From positions 156,806 through 220,805 of the forward strand of contig JAZGGI010000016.1 of the NCBI GenBank assembly GCA_036480375.1: a stretch of DNA of 64,000 nt, in the 5' to 3' direction. The position numbers were made by a program, and so were the translations under genes. This document shows, piece after piece, positions 10,351-19,098 of this stretch. The first letter of the stretch is position 1, and each line of letters opens with the position of its first letter. This stretch comes from Candidatus Zixiibacteriota bacterium. Lineage in GTDB: Bacteria > Zixibacteria > MSB-5A5 > GN15 > JAAZOE01. The notes under the pieces were generated by a model. It saw only the letters and a list, made by a program, of their open reading frames with translations, did not search any database and had not been told where the DNA came from.

Positions 10351-12378
10351 ATGACAGGGAGGCTAAGGCAGCTATTCGTTTTTATTCCCACAATTTTTAT
10401 TTTTTTTAATATAACTGCCCTCGCTCAGATAGAATATGCCGATGATGCCGGTGAAGGCTTTTGTTCGGAAGAGACTATTATTAGTCTTTTTCCGAATACA
10501 GATACTACTATAATCGTCAATATGTTTAATTCCGGGCAGTTCGATAATGGATTTTCGATTTTTATTGATTATGTCAATGGCTCCGACTGGATTACGCCAT
10601 CCGTTACAACCAGTTCAATTCCAGCGGGCGGTGAGGCATATCCGGTCGAGTTTGGCATAACGGTTCCGCCGGGAACTCAAGAAGGCATGACTTTGGAGGC
10701 GGATATATCCATTACACATTTGGGCAAAAATTCACCTCGCGAATTTCCGATATGTTTATATGTTAAACATTTAACCGATTACGAAGATGATGCCGGGGAT
10801 GGTATCGGATTGTGTTATTCGGATGAGATGCTGACTGCCGCGCCGGGCGAATCTGTTTATGATACCGTGAGAGCTTTCAATCCCGGTATGCTGGATAATA
10901 ATTTCAATATCTCGATGTATTACGAGCAGGGCGACGGATGGATTACCGCCAATCCATCGTCGGGAATGATATTGGCCGGAGGTATGGATACTCTCGATAT
11001 CGAGTTTATTTTCACCGCTCCGACCGATGTGGGTGATCCGGTTACGATTGAGGCGATGATAAGTATCAACCATGAGGGGACAAGTAGTCCGAGGCAGATA
11101 CCGGTTTGTTTTACAGTTGCGTCGGAGTTTTACTTTCCTCAACATGCCGATCTGGCGACGACATGCAAGCAGATCAGGGTATTCAATACCGGTCGTTTGT
11201 CGGGTAAGACGCCTGATTATTCAATGGATTATATCGAAGACTGCGATACGTTTGGAAACGCCGATGCGCGTACGTATTTGTATGATGGTTCGCCGGTGAT
11301 AGCCTGGGATGACGGTGAGGGGATTAAAGTATGTACTGATTTTCTTTCCGATAGCGAATTTGGATCTCGTGGATTTCGGGCAATGAGTAATCTGAGTGTG
11401 GATGATACAAGTGATCCTGATTATATCAAGGCTACCGGAGATTTCACGACTTTTGATTCGTCGATAAATTTCACGGTCGAATATTATATACCTCAAGGTG
11501 ATACAGCGTGCGAATTTATAGTCCAAAAATTATATATCACAAGCGCATCGGGAACTAAGAATAACGTATTAATCGGTTATGCTTGGGACTGGAACGTGCC
11601 CAGTGACACTGGTTCCGATAATAATTCTTTAGCCGATGAAGCTCGTCAATTGCTGTATATGCAGGGTGAAGAGGCGGATGATGACGGTGAAGACGATCAA
11701 ATTGCTGAATGCGGTGTTTGTTGGCAATCCGACGATCGCTATGCCGGTGTTCGCTTTTTTCCAACATTGGATGTTACAACGCCCAAGAACGCAATGACGC
11801 TAGATAATGCCACCTGGGTTTCCAAATCCGGGCCGTATGGTAATGATGCGCCGCTTCCTGACGGACCGATATATGATTTGATGCTGACGACTGAAGGATT
11901 TGTCCCATGGGAATCGGCAACGGGTTCAGAAGATTCTGTCTATGTTGATCTGACTATGCTGGCTACTTTTGGAGAGTTCGATCTTACCGAGACTGAACCG
12001 ATTGAGATTGCATTTGCGATGATAACCGGCCGCACCGGTGAGACCGATTTTTTGGCCGAGGTTGACAAGGCGCTTGATTGGGCAAGTCCATGGCCTCCCC
12101 CGCCTCGCCCATATTGCGACAGCCCCGGTGACCCGAATTTAGACGGGCAAAGCAATGTTGGTGATGCTGTTTACCTGATTAATTTTGTTTTCAAGGGTGG
12201 CCCAGGACCTGAAATATACTGTCATAGTGGCGCTTATGGTAACGGCGATGCTAACGGTGATTGTAGCGTCAATGTTGGAGACGCCGTGTATATTATAAAT
12301 CACGTTTTCAAGGGCGGGCCTGTGCCCTGGTGCAATAATAGCGAATGCTCACCACATCATCAAGATGATTGTCGCTGA
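10351..12378 (+). CDS. Secreted protein with two N-terminal Ig-like repeats, a large central domain and a C-terminal dockerin-like double Ca-loop module (paralog 1)
   Basis: I prefer the start ATG 10351, after AGGAGG, over the track start 10324. There is a signal peptide ending ALAQ. The C-terminus carries DPNLDGQSNVGDAVYLINFVFKGGP and DANGDCSVNVGDAVYIINHVFKGGP, which are DxNxDGxxNxxD loops. The gene ends in TGA. Confidence 0.75.
   Translation: MTGRLRQLFVFIPTIFIFFNITALAQIEYADDAGEGFCSEETIISLFPNTDTTIIVNMFNSGQFDNGFSIFIDYVNGSDWITPSVTTSSIPAGGEAYPVEFGITVPPGTQEGMTLEADISITHLGKNSPREFPICLYVKHLTDYEDDAGDGIGLCYSDEMLTAAPGESVYDTVRAFNPGMLDNNFNISMYYEQGDGWITANPSSGMILAGGMDTLDIEFIFTAPTDVGDPVTIEAMISINHEGTSSPRQIPVCFTVASEFYFPQHADLATTCKQIRVFNTGRLSGKTPDYSMDYIEDCDTFGNADARTYLYDGSPVIAWDDGEGIKVCTDFLSDSEFGSRGFRAMSNLSVDDTSDPDYIKATGDFTTFDSSINFTVEYYIPQGDTACEFIVQKLYITSASGTKNNVLIGYAWDWNVPSDTGSDNNSLADEARQLLYMQGEEADDDGEDDQIAECGVCWQSDDRYAGVRFFPTLDVTTPKNAMTLDNATWVSKSGPYGNDAPLPDGPIYDLMLTTEGFVPWESATGSEDSVYVDLTMLATFGEFDLTETEPIEIAFAMITGRTGETDFLAEVDKALDWASPWPPPPRPYCDSPGDPNLDGQSNVGDAVYLINFVFKGGPGPEIYCHSGAYGNGDANGDCSVNVGDAVYIINHVFKGGPVPWCNNSECSPHHQDDCR
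10930..11110 (+). repeat. High-identity tract shared with 12633-12813 (about 95% identity, with 44- and 62-nt perfect runs)
   Basis: Direct by-eye comparison of the two paralogs. Flanking parts of the genes are only about 70-90% identical. Confidence 0.7.
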
Positions 12379-12401
12379 GCGGCTTTAGGGAGGTAAACAT
12401 A

Positions 12402-14048
12402 GTGCAAGGATTAAAGAGAATAATGCCGTATATCCCCATCCTCATTTTTTGTTTTACAATTAATTCCTTCGCTCAGATAGAATATGTAGATGATGCCGGG
12501 GATGGTATTGGATTGTGCTATTCGGGCGAGATGTTGGTTGCTCAGCCGGGTGATGTTACTTATGATACCGTGAGAGCTGTCAATCCCGGTTCGCAGGATA
12601 ATAATTTCAATATCTCGGTTAATTATGATCATGGCGACGGATGGATTACCGCCAATCCATCGTCAGGGACGATTTTGGCCGGAGGTTTGGATACTCTCGA
12701 TATCGAGTTTATTTTCACCGCTCCGACCGATGTAGGCGATCCGGTTACGATTGAGGCGATGATAAGTATCAACCATGAGGGGACAAGTAGTCCGAGGCAA
12801 ATACCGGTCTGTTTAACTATTGCTTCTGAGTTTTATTTGCCGCAATATGCTGATCTGGCAACGACGTGCAAGCAGATTAGGATATCGAATACTGGTCGAT
12901 TGGGCGCCATGACACCCGATTATTCTTTGGATTATATCGAAGATTGCGATACGTTTGGTAATGCTGACGCCCGGATGTATTTGTATGATGGCTCGCCGGT
13001 GATAGCATGGGATGACGGTGGTGAGATTAAACTGTGTACTGATTTTCTTTCCGATAGCGAATTTGGATCTCGCGGATTTCGAGCATTGAGTGATTTGGAA
13101 ATCGATGAAACAAGTGATCCGGATTACATAAGAGCGACAGGCGATTTCACTACTTTTGATTCTTCTATTAACTTAACAGTTGAATATTATATACCCAAAG
13201 GCGATACTGCGTGTGAATTTGTGATTCAAAAACTATTTGTTACAAGTGCCTCAGGCAATAAGAATAATGTTTTCATTGGATATGTATGGGATTGGAATGT
13301 GCCTTCTGATTCCGGCAATGACAATATCTCTTTTGCCGATGAAGAACGTCAATTATTGTATTTGCAGGGTGAAGAGGCTGATGATAACGGTGAGGCTGAG
13401 GCTTTGGCAGAGTGCGGAATTGAGCAGCAGTCTGATGATCGCTTTGCGGGAGTTCGGTTTTTTCCCACTGAGAGCGTATCGTTCCCTAAAAATGCAATAA
13501 TGCTCGATAATGCTACATGGATATCCAAATCCGGGCCGTATGGTGATGATGCTCCTCTTCCCGCTGGTCCGACTCTCGATTTGATGATAACGATGGAAGG
13601 ATTTGTGCCTTGGACCGCTACTTCCGGTTCCGAAGATTCAATTTATACTGATCTGACAATGCTGGCGACTTTCAGTGAATTCGATCTTGATGAAAATGAG
13701 CCGGTAGAAATATTAACTGCCTTGATCACCAGTCGTAATGGGGCGATTGATTTCTTGGCCGAAGCTGATAAGGCCTATGCTTGGGCGGCGGGACTGGATT
13801 TATTCAATGACTCCTGTTGTGATATTCCCGGAGATGCCAATTCCGATGGTGCATATAACGTAGGCGACGTAATCTACATTATTAACCATGTTTTTAAGGG
13901 TGGGCCTGACTCTGAATGTCCTCGCGCGGCTGATATCAATGGAGATTGTCATGACAATATTGGGGATGCTGTGCGTGGAATATATTGTATTTTCATTTAT
14001 CCACACACTTGCTGGCCGGATTGTGACGATTTAGAATGTGATGAGTAA
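12402..14048 (+). CDS. Secreted dockerin-like protein, paralog 2 (a single N-terminal Ig-like repeat)
   Basis: I prefer the start GTG 12402, 8 nt after GGGAGG (12388-12393). There is a signal peptide ending SFAQ. It is roughly 80% identical in protein to residues 160-684 of paralog 1. The motifs DANSDGAYNVGDVIYIINHVFKGGP and DINGDCHDNIGD are present. Confidence 0.75.
   Translation: MQGLKRIMPYIPILIFCFTINSFAQIEYVDDAGDGIGLCYSGEMLVAQPGDVTYDTVRAVNPGSQDNNFNISVNYDHGDGWITANPSSGTILAGGLDTLDIEFIFTAPTDVGDPVTIEAMISINHEGTSSPRQIPVCLTIASEFYLPQYADLATTCKQIRISNTGRLGAMTPDYSLDYIEDCDTFGNADARMYLYDGSPVIAWDDGGEIKLCTDFLSDSEFGSRGFRALSDLEIDETSDPDYIRATGDFTTFDSSINLTVEYYIPKGDTACEFVIQKLFVTSASGNKNNVFIGYVWDWNVPSDSGNDNISFADEERQLLYLQGEEADDNGEAEALAECGIEQQSDDRFAGVRFFPTESVSFPKNAIMLDNATWISKSGPYGDDAPLPAGPTLDLMITMEGFVPWTATSGSEDSIYTDLTMLATFSEFDLDENEPVEILTALITSRNGAIDFLAEADKAYAWAAGLDLFNDSCCDIPGDANSDGAYNVGDVIYIINHVFKGGPDSECPRAADINGDCHDNIGDAVRGIYCIFIYPHTCWPDCDDLECDE
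12633..12813 (+). repeat. Partner of the high-identity tract at 10930-11110
   Basis: See 10930-11110. Confidence 0.7.
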
Positions 14049-14054
14049 TTTCTA

Positions 14055-14088
14055 ACCGGCGGAAATAATATTCCGTCGGTTTTATTTT
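14055..14088 (+). terminator. Rho-independent terminator after paralog 2
   Basis: Stem ACCGGCGG / CCGTCGGT (one G-U pair) followed by TTTATTTT. It lies between convergent genes. Confidence 0.6.
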
Positions 14089-14089
14089 G

Positions 14090-16027
14090 TTATCGGCCGT
14101 ATGAAATATCCTGTTTGATATCCCATTCGGTTTGGGCGTGGCCGCGGAGGAAATCTTTGACGCCTGCAACGATTGCCCGGGCGATTTTCTTCTGGAACTT
14201 TTTGGTTCGCAACGCCGCTTCCTGCTCGGGAATCATCATATAGGCGCATTCGACTAATATTGCCGGGTACTGGGTCGGGCGGATGACGGCAAAATTTCCG
14301 TAATACCATCCAAAATCGTTAAGATCCAGATGGCGCGATAATGATTGATGAACGGCATGCGCCAGGGGCGCCGAATGCGGATGATAATAAAAGGTAGAAG
14401 TGCCGTTATTGACAAACGGATTGGTTCCGGGCGGCAGGGCGTTGTTGTGAATGGATATGAATATATCGGTGTTTTCTCGTTTTGCGATTTTGGGCCGGTC
14501 ATAAAGAGGCAGATGGGAATCATCATCGCGAGTGAGGATAACTTCAGCGCCCTCCCGTTCGAGTTGTTTTTTTAGCTGCCGGGCAATAAACAGATTGGCG
14601 TCTTTTTCGGTCAGGCCGGTTGGGCCGACGGCGCCTTTGTCTTCCGAATGCCCCGGATCAATTACAAAACGAAACTGCGATATTCGAACTTTGTCGCGGG
14701 GGAATTTCTTGATATCGAAATGAAATTCATTGCCGACATAATATCCGTCATAGCCCCATATACGATTGGAAGTTAAAAATATTTTTACGGCGTAAATTCC
14801 CGGTACGGGCTGAAACCAGGTAATTTGATCGATAAGAAAATCGGCGTTATCGTATCGTATCCAGTCGGTATCGGAATCGGCTCCGTAGAGATAGACCATG
14901 ATTGATTTTTCCTTGATGTTTTCTTCAACCCTGAAGGGATGTTTTCCTGAAGTCGATATGATGACCGATACTTTATCATCATGATTTATCGTCCGAATTT
15001 TCCTGATATAGGAATGAGGGACTTTTTCTGTCGCTGGCAGAAGGACCGCAGCGGTATCGATAATCCAGCCATGCTGATAATCGGAGAGTCTGATTTTGAG
15101 CCAGCGGCCATCTTTACCGATTAATTTGGCCCTGATACCGGCCGGTTGATGAATACACAGGTAACCTTTACCGGGGCCGGTGCGAATAATACTGATACTA
15201 TCAACCAATTCAATCGTCGGTTCGAGATCATCGTGAATAATTTTCGCTGCTTCGATCGTTGTATCACGGATGATTTTTGGAAGATTGAGAATTTTATCTA
15301 CGGCCAACAACTGACGCCCAAGAATTGCTCGATAATTATTTATCCATTCCAGTTGCTCCTCTGAGGGAGGATATACATGATAGATAAATAACAAACTATC
15401 GGCGGAAGATTTAGGCAAAGTGTACTGTCCAATATACTCTCCCCTGACCAGAAGCGATTCCGGGGTTAGTACATTTCTATTTTCACCGCCGCCAAATACA
15501 TTTTCTCCAATATAGTAATTCTTTGGCAGCGCTTCAGTCATCGGAACGGTATCACAAAACGGCTCCACGACGCAAAAGGCATTGCAGAAAGGCAGTGACT
15601 TAAACGCTAATGAAATCTTATCACCGGTTTTGACCCATGTTTCTCGCGAGGGACTCATTGACCCCGGCTGCATGTGCAGACTATCGTAAGTATATTTAGG
15701 CAAATCCGGCAGTTTAACAATAATTGTTTTTTCTTCAATAATTCCGTTTTTCTCGGCGCGGATGTTAAAAGAAAATTCTCCGGGGTTAACCGGCAGAAAA
15801 GCCAGCCATCCTCCGTCTTTGTGGACTCCTATTTCAAAGCGATTAATTGACAGCGACGCATCGGGAGATACCGAGCCAAAGATGAAGCATGAATCTATTG
15901 GCGGTAGATTTTGGTTTTCTTTGGGGTAAACAATATTCAGATCGAGTGAATCGGCCGAACTAATTGCGGCAAAACAATTCAGAATTAAAATTAAGGCAGA
16001 TATTTTATTTAGCCAGCGTAATGCCAT
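14090..16027 (-). CDS. N-acetylmuramoyl-L-alanine amidase (Amidase_3 C-terminal domain) with a long exported N-terminal region
   Basis: 645 aa with a signal peptide. The C-terminus reads IDPGHSEDKGAVGP...DIFISIHNNA... Confidence 0.8.
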   Translation of the reverse strand: MALRWLNKISALILILNCFAAISSADSLDLNIVYPKENQNLPPIDSCFIFGSVSPDASLSINRFEIGVHKDGGWLAFLPVNPGEFSFNIRAEKNGIIEEKTIIVKLPDLPKYTYDSLHMQPGSMSPSRETWVKTGDKISLAFKSLPFCNAFCVVEPFCDTVPMTEALPKNYYIGENVFGGGENRNVLTPESLLVRGEYIGQYTLPKSSADSLLFIYHVYPPSEEQLEWINNYRAILGRQLLAVDKILNLPKIIRDTTIEAAKIIHDDLEPTIELVDSISIIRTGPGKGYLCIHQPAGIRAKLIGKDGRWLKIRLSDYQHGWIIDTAAVLLPATEKVPHSYIRKIRTINHDDKVSVIISTSGKHPFRVEENIKEKSIMVYLYGADSDTDWIRYDNADFLIDQITWFQPVPGIYAVKIFLTSNRIWGYDGYYVGNEFHFDIKKFPRDKVRISQFRFVIDPGHSEDKGAVGPTGLTEKDANLFIARQLKKQLEREGAEVILTRDDDSHLPLYDRPKIAKRENTDIFISIHNNALPPGTNPFVNNGTSTFYYHPHSAPLAHAVHQSLSRHLDLNDFGWYYGNFAVIRPTQYPAILVECAYMMIPEQEAALRTKKFQKKIARAIVAGVKDFLRGHAQTEWDIKQDISYGR

Positions 16028-17003
16028 GTCCGTATTTTCCGTTAATATTCAAATATTGATTATTGTAAGATAAGCCGTCAAAGGGGTCATTTTCAATTAA
16101 AAGCGCACCATCGAGATCAATAAAATCAGCCATGCCCGACAATGAATAGGCAGCCGCGATACCAATGGATGATTCAATCATGCAGCCTATCATAGTTTTT
16201 AGATTATTCTGTTTGGCGATTTTAATCATTTCTATGGCTGTTTCCAGTCTTCCGGTTTTTTGAATCTTTATATTAACTCCATCGACAAATTCGGCGACTC
16301 TTTTGATGTCTGTGGGAGAATTGATCGATTCATCCATGAAAATAGGAATATCAGTTTCACTTCTCAATTGAGTCCACAAATCCAATTTTTCATAATCGAA
16401 AGGTTGTTCAATCAATTCGATTTTATCCGTTCTCACATTGTTTATAAAAAACTCCACCATGGAAATATCCCAGCTTCCATTGGCGTCGATGCGAAATCTC
16501 GTTCCTTCGCTTTGATTGATCAACGCGATAATATTGTCAGCCGCATTTAAATCGTTATTCATTTTCAACTTTACGAATTGAGCATTCGATGAGATAACCC
16601 GTTTCAATTGATCCAAATCGCCTACTGAAACGGTCAATGATGTTGGTTTTTTTTGCGGCTCCGGTAATGAGAAATATTCAGAAATATTCTGCCGATTATT
16701 TTTGCACTGTAAATCATGCCAGGCGGTTGAAATGGCGCATAACGTCGGCGCGCTATATTTGTCATCTATTGTCTCAATATACTCATCCAAATTAGTTTGG
16801 AGACAATTGATTTCGTCGGCGATTGAGGATAACTCCTCTAGTATTTTCCTGTCATCAACGCCGTAATGAACTGACCCGGCCGCTTCGCCCAACCCGATAT
16901 TATCTAATATCACAATGAAATTATTTTTAATCGAGGCCTTTCCCCCGGCGACGATGAAATCATTTTTGAGTTTTAATTCGATTGGCAGAACTTCGCATTT
17001 CAT
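16005..17003 (-). CDS. Enolase-superfamily dipeptide (L-Ala-D/L-Glu) epimerase
   Basis: 332 aa. It has KLK (the KxK motif), IDANGSW, IEQP, MDES and a NIKIQKTG lysine. Its neighbours are an amidase and an NlpC/P60 protein. Confidence 0.75.
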   Translation of the reverse strand: MKCEVLPIELKLKNDFIVAGGKASIKNNFIVILDNIGLGEAAGSVHYGVDDRKILEELSSIADEINCLQTNLDEYIETIDDKYSAPTLCAISTAWHDLQCKNNRQNISEYFSLPEPQKKPTSLTVSVGDLDQLKRVISSNAQFVKLKMNNDLNAADNIIALINQSEGTRFRIDANGSWDISMVEFFINNVRTDKIELIEQPFDYEKLDLWTQLRSETDIPIFMDESINSPTDIKRVAEFVDGVNIKIQKTGRLETAIEMIKIAKQNNLKTMIGCMIESSIGIAAAYSLSGMADFIDLDGALLIENDPFDGLSYNNQYLNINGKYGHGITLAK

Positions 17004-17794
17004 AACGATAGCCGCCGGGCGAAAAGGAATCCATCGTCAAGGTCTTTTCGATAAATCGGTGATTGAGGATCAAGCAAATCATAAGAAACCATGCCTCGCC
17101 TCAGATTGGCATGAATAATATCAAGTCCGCCCCGGGAAATGGCAACATGACCCTCGAAAAACAGTAAATCCCCGGGCTTTAGTTCATGGCGTTCAATGGC
17201 GAACCCGACGTCTCTCTGGTCCTTACTGTCGCGGGGCACTTCTAAGCTATGGAACCGGCATACTGACTGAACCAGCCCGCTGCAATCAAATCCGGCAGGA
17301 GTTATTCCTCCCCAAAGATAAGGAGCTCCCAAAAATCTTTCCGCGGTTTTAACCAGTGTCTCGCCGGTAATCCCCTTAGATATTTTTCTCGGGATTTTTT
17401 TCAAGAATTTTTTCTCAATTCGAATTTTATCCCAGGATGGAATCGTAAAGTAGGTTCTGCATTTGACCTCTGATAAGATTAGCCGGGTGCCGAAATAGAG
17501 GCGGTGAGGAATTATCCGCTTTTTTGATTTATTTTTGATAATTACGCAATTACTTTTAACGACATATTTGGGCGCTTCAAGATATTTTTTCCAGTACTCA
17601 TAGTTTATTTGCATAATATGGCTGTTTTTGCTCCAGCCTCGATATCCTTCAATTAATCGGATACGGGAATATTCCTTGCCCGGTTCGATAATTTCAATCG
17701 GCGTTCCAAACAGAGCCTGACTGAGACGCTCCGATTTGAATTCGGGTGCGGCTCTTAGATCAATAACCGGGGCTGTGACGATTCCGTGCAACAT
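17000..17794 (-). CDS. SH3b plus NlpC/P60 cysteine peptidase (YkfC-like gamma-D-Glu-diamino-acid endopeptidase)
   Basis: 264 aa with GAPYLWGG...GFDCSGLV and GHVAIS. No signal peptide is evident. Confidence 0.75.
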   Translation of the reverse strand: MLHGIVTAPVIDLRAAPEFKSERLSQALFGTPIEIIEPGKEYSRIRLIEGYRGWSKNSHIMQINYEYWKKYLEAPKYVVKSNCVIIKNKSKKRIIPHRLYFGTRLILSEVKCRTYFTIPSWDKIRIEKKFLKKIPRKISKGITGETLVKTAERFLGAPYLWGGITPAGFDCSGLVQSVCRFHSLEVPRDSKDQRDVGFAIERHELKPGDLLFFEGHVAISRGGLDIIHANLRRGMVSYDLLDPQSPIYRKDLDDGFLFARRLSL

Positions 17795-17856
17795 AATGTA
17801 TCGATATTAAGATTATACGCGTAAGGCAACCAAAAATTTATATTCCCATTTCGCAT

Positions 17857-17890
17857 AAAAAAACCGGGATGATTTTCATTCCGGTTTTTT
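17857..17890 (-). terminator. Hairpin plus U-run after the aminotransferase gene
   Basis: AAAACCGG / CCGGTTTT with a 13-nt loop. It is flanked by A and T runs, so it could act bidirectionally. Confidence 0.45.
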
Positions 17891-17909
17891 ACTTAAACCT
17901 ATCAGGGAT

Positions 17910-19088
17910 CTATTTGATTATTTTGGGAATCGCTTCTTTGAGTCGATTAACGGCTTTCTCAATATTGTCAATTGAATTGGCATACGAAAAGCGCAGATAC
18001 CCCTCTCCTTCGTCCCCAAAAGCAGTACCGGATAGTCCGGCAATGCCCAATTGGGTGATGAGATATTCGGCCAAATCGGCTGATTTCCAGCCGGTTTTTT
18101 TAATGTTAGGCCAGACATAAAAAGCGCCATGAGGCTTGAGACAGGAAAATCCTTCGATGTCATTCAAGCCGTCAACGAAGAAATCGCGCCGCCGTTCAAA
18201 TTCGGCGACCATTTCATTGGCTCCTGCCTGATCACCCAGTAAGGCTTCAATTGCCGCCTTCTGAACAAACGAGGTCGCGCACGAAGTTATATTGGTTTGG
18301 ATTCTCGCAACCTTAGGCGCCAGTTCGAGAGGCATCATGCCCCAGCCTAATCTCCAGCCGCACATAGCATAAACTTTGGAGAGGCCGTCAGAAACGATGA
18401 CTCTTTCTTTCTTTTCATCAAACTGCGAAATAGTTTCAAATTTCATGCCATATATAATTCTTGAATACACTTCATCGTTCATGACATAAAAATCTTCGTC
18501 GCAGGCGAGTTTGTATATTTTTTCAAGGTCTTCCCTGGTAAGAACTCCTCCGGTTGGATTCTGGGGAGAGTTAATTATCAGGAGCTTGGTCTTTGAAGTA
18601 ACCAGTGAGGCTAACTCATCGACGTCAAGACGGAATTCGTTTTTTTCTCGCAGAGGAATCGGCACCGCGGTCGCTCCGGAAAAATCTATGACCGATTTAT
18701 AAATCGGGTATCCGGGATCCGGATATATTATTTCCACTCCGGGCTCACCGAGCATCATGATGAGTGCGAACATAATAGGTTTACTTCCGGGAGTCACGAC
18801 TATTTGATCCGGAGTGTAACGGACGCCGTTCATTTTATTATAATTCTCGCAAATGGCTTCGCGGACATCAAGCATTCCGGCCGACGGCGTATAATGCGTA
18901 AATTTATCATTAATAGCCTTTATCGCGGCATCAGAAATATTCGACGGCGTTGCGAAATCCGGCTCGCCGATTTGCAAATGGACATATTCGATGCCTGTTT
19001 CTTTTTCCAGCTTTTGGGCTCGGGCAAGGACTTCAAAAGCCGATTCCGTACCAAGGCGGGACATTCTTTTTGCTAAATCCATATTCAC
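17910..19088 (-). CDS. Class I/II PLP-dependent aminotransferase (aspartate aminotransferase-like)
   Basis: 392 aa with an SKVYAMCGWRLGW lysine motif and NSPQNPTG. Confidence 0.85.
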   Translation of the reverse strand: MNMDLAKRMSRLGTESAFEVLARAQKLEKETGIEYVHLQIGEPDFATPSNISDAAIKAINDKFTHYTPSAGMLDVREAICENYNKMNGVRYTPDQIVVTPGSKPIMFALIMMLGEPGVEIIYPDPGYPIYKSVIDFSGATAVPIPLREKNEFRLDVDELASLVTSKTKLLIINSPQNPTGGVLTREDLEKIYKLACDEDFYVMNDEVYSRIIYGMKFETISQFDEKKERVIVSDGLSKVYAMCGWRLGWGMMPLELAPKVARIQTNITSCATSFVQKAAIEALLGDQAGANEMVAEFERRRDFFVDGLNDIEGFSCLKPHGAFYVWPNIKKTGWKSADLAEYLITQLGIAGLSGTAFGDEGEGYLRFSYANSIDNIEKAVNRLKEAIPKIIK

Positions 19089-19098
19089 CCCTATATGA

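Noticed and set aside
12369-12378. Apparent 10-nt overlap of the two dockerin-like genes
   Set aside because: This is an artefact of the longest-ORF start. A GTG at 12402 with a GGGAGG SD 8 nt upstream gives a normal signal peptide and a 23-nt intergenic gap.
10147-14048. The tRNA-Arg-adjacent plus-strand block as an integrated mobile element or genomic island
   Set aside because: No integrase, transposase, phage gene or direct repeat of the tRNA 3-prime end is visible. The cargo is just two paralogous secreted proteins with composition similar to the surroundings.
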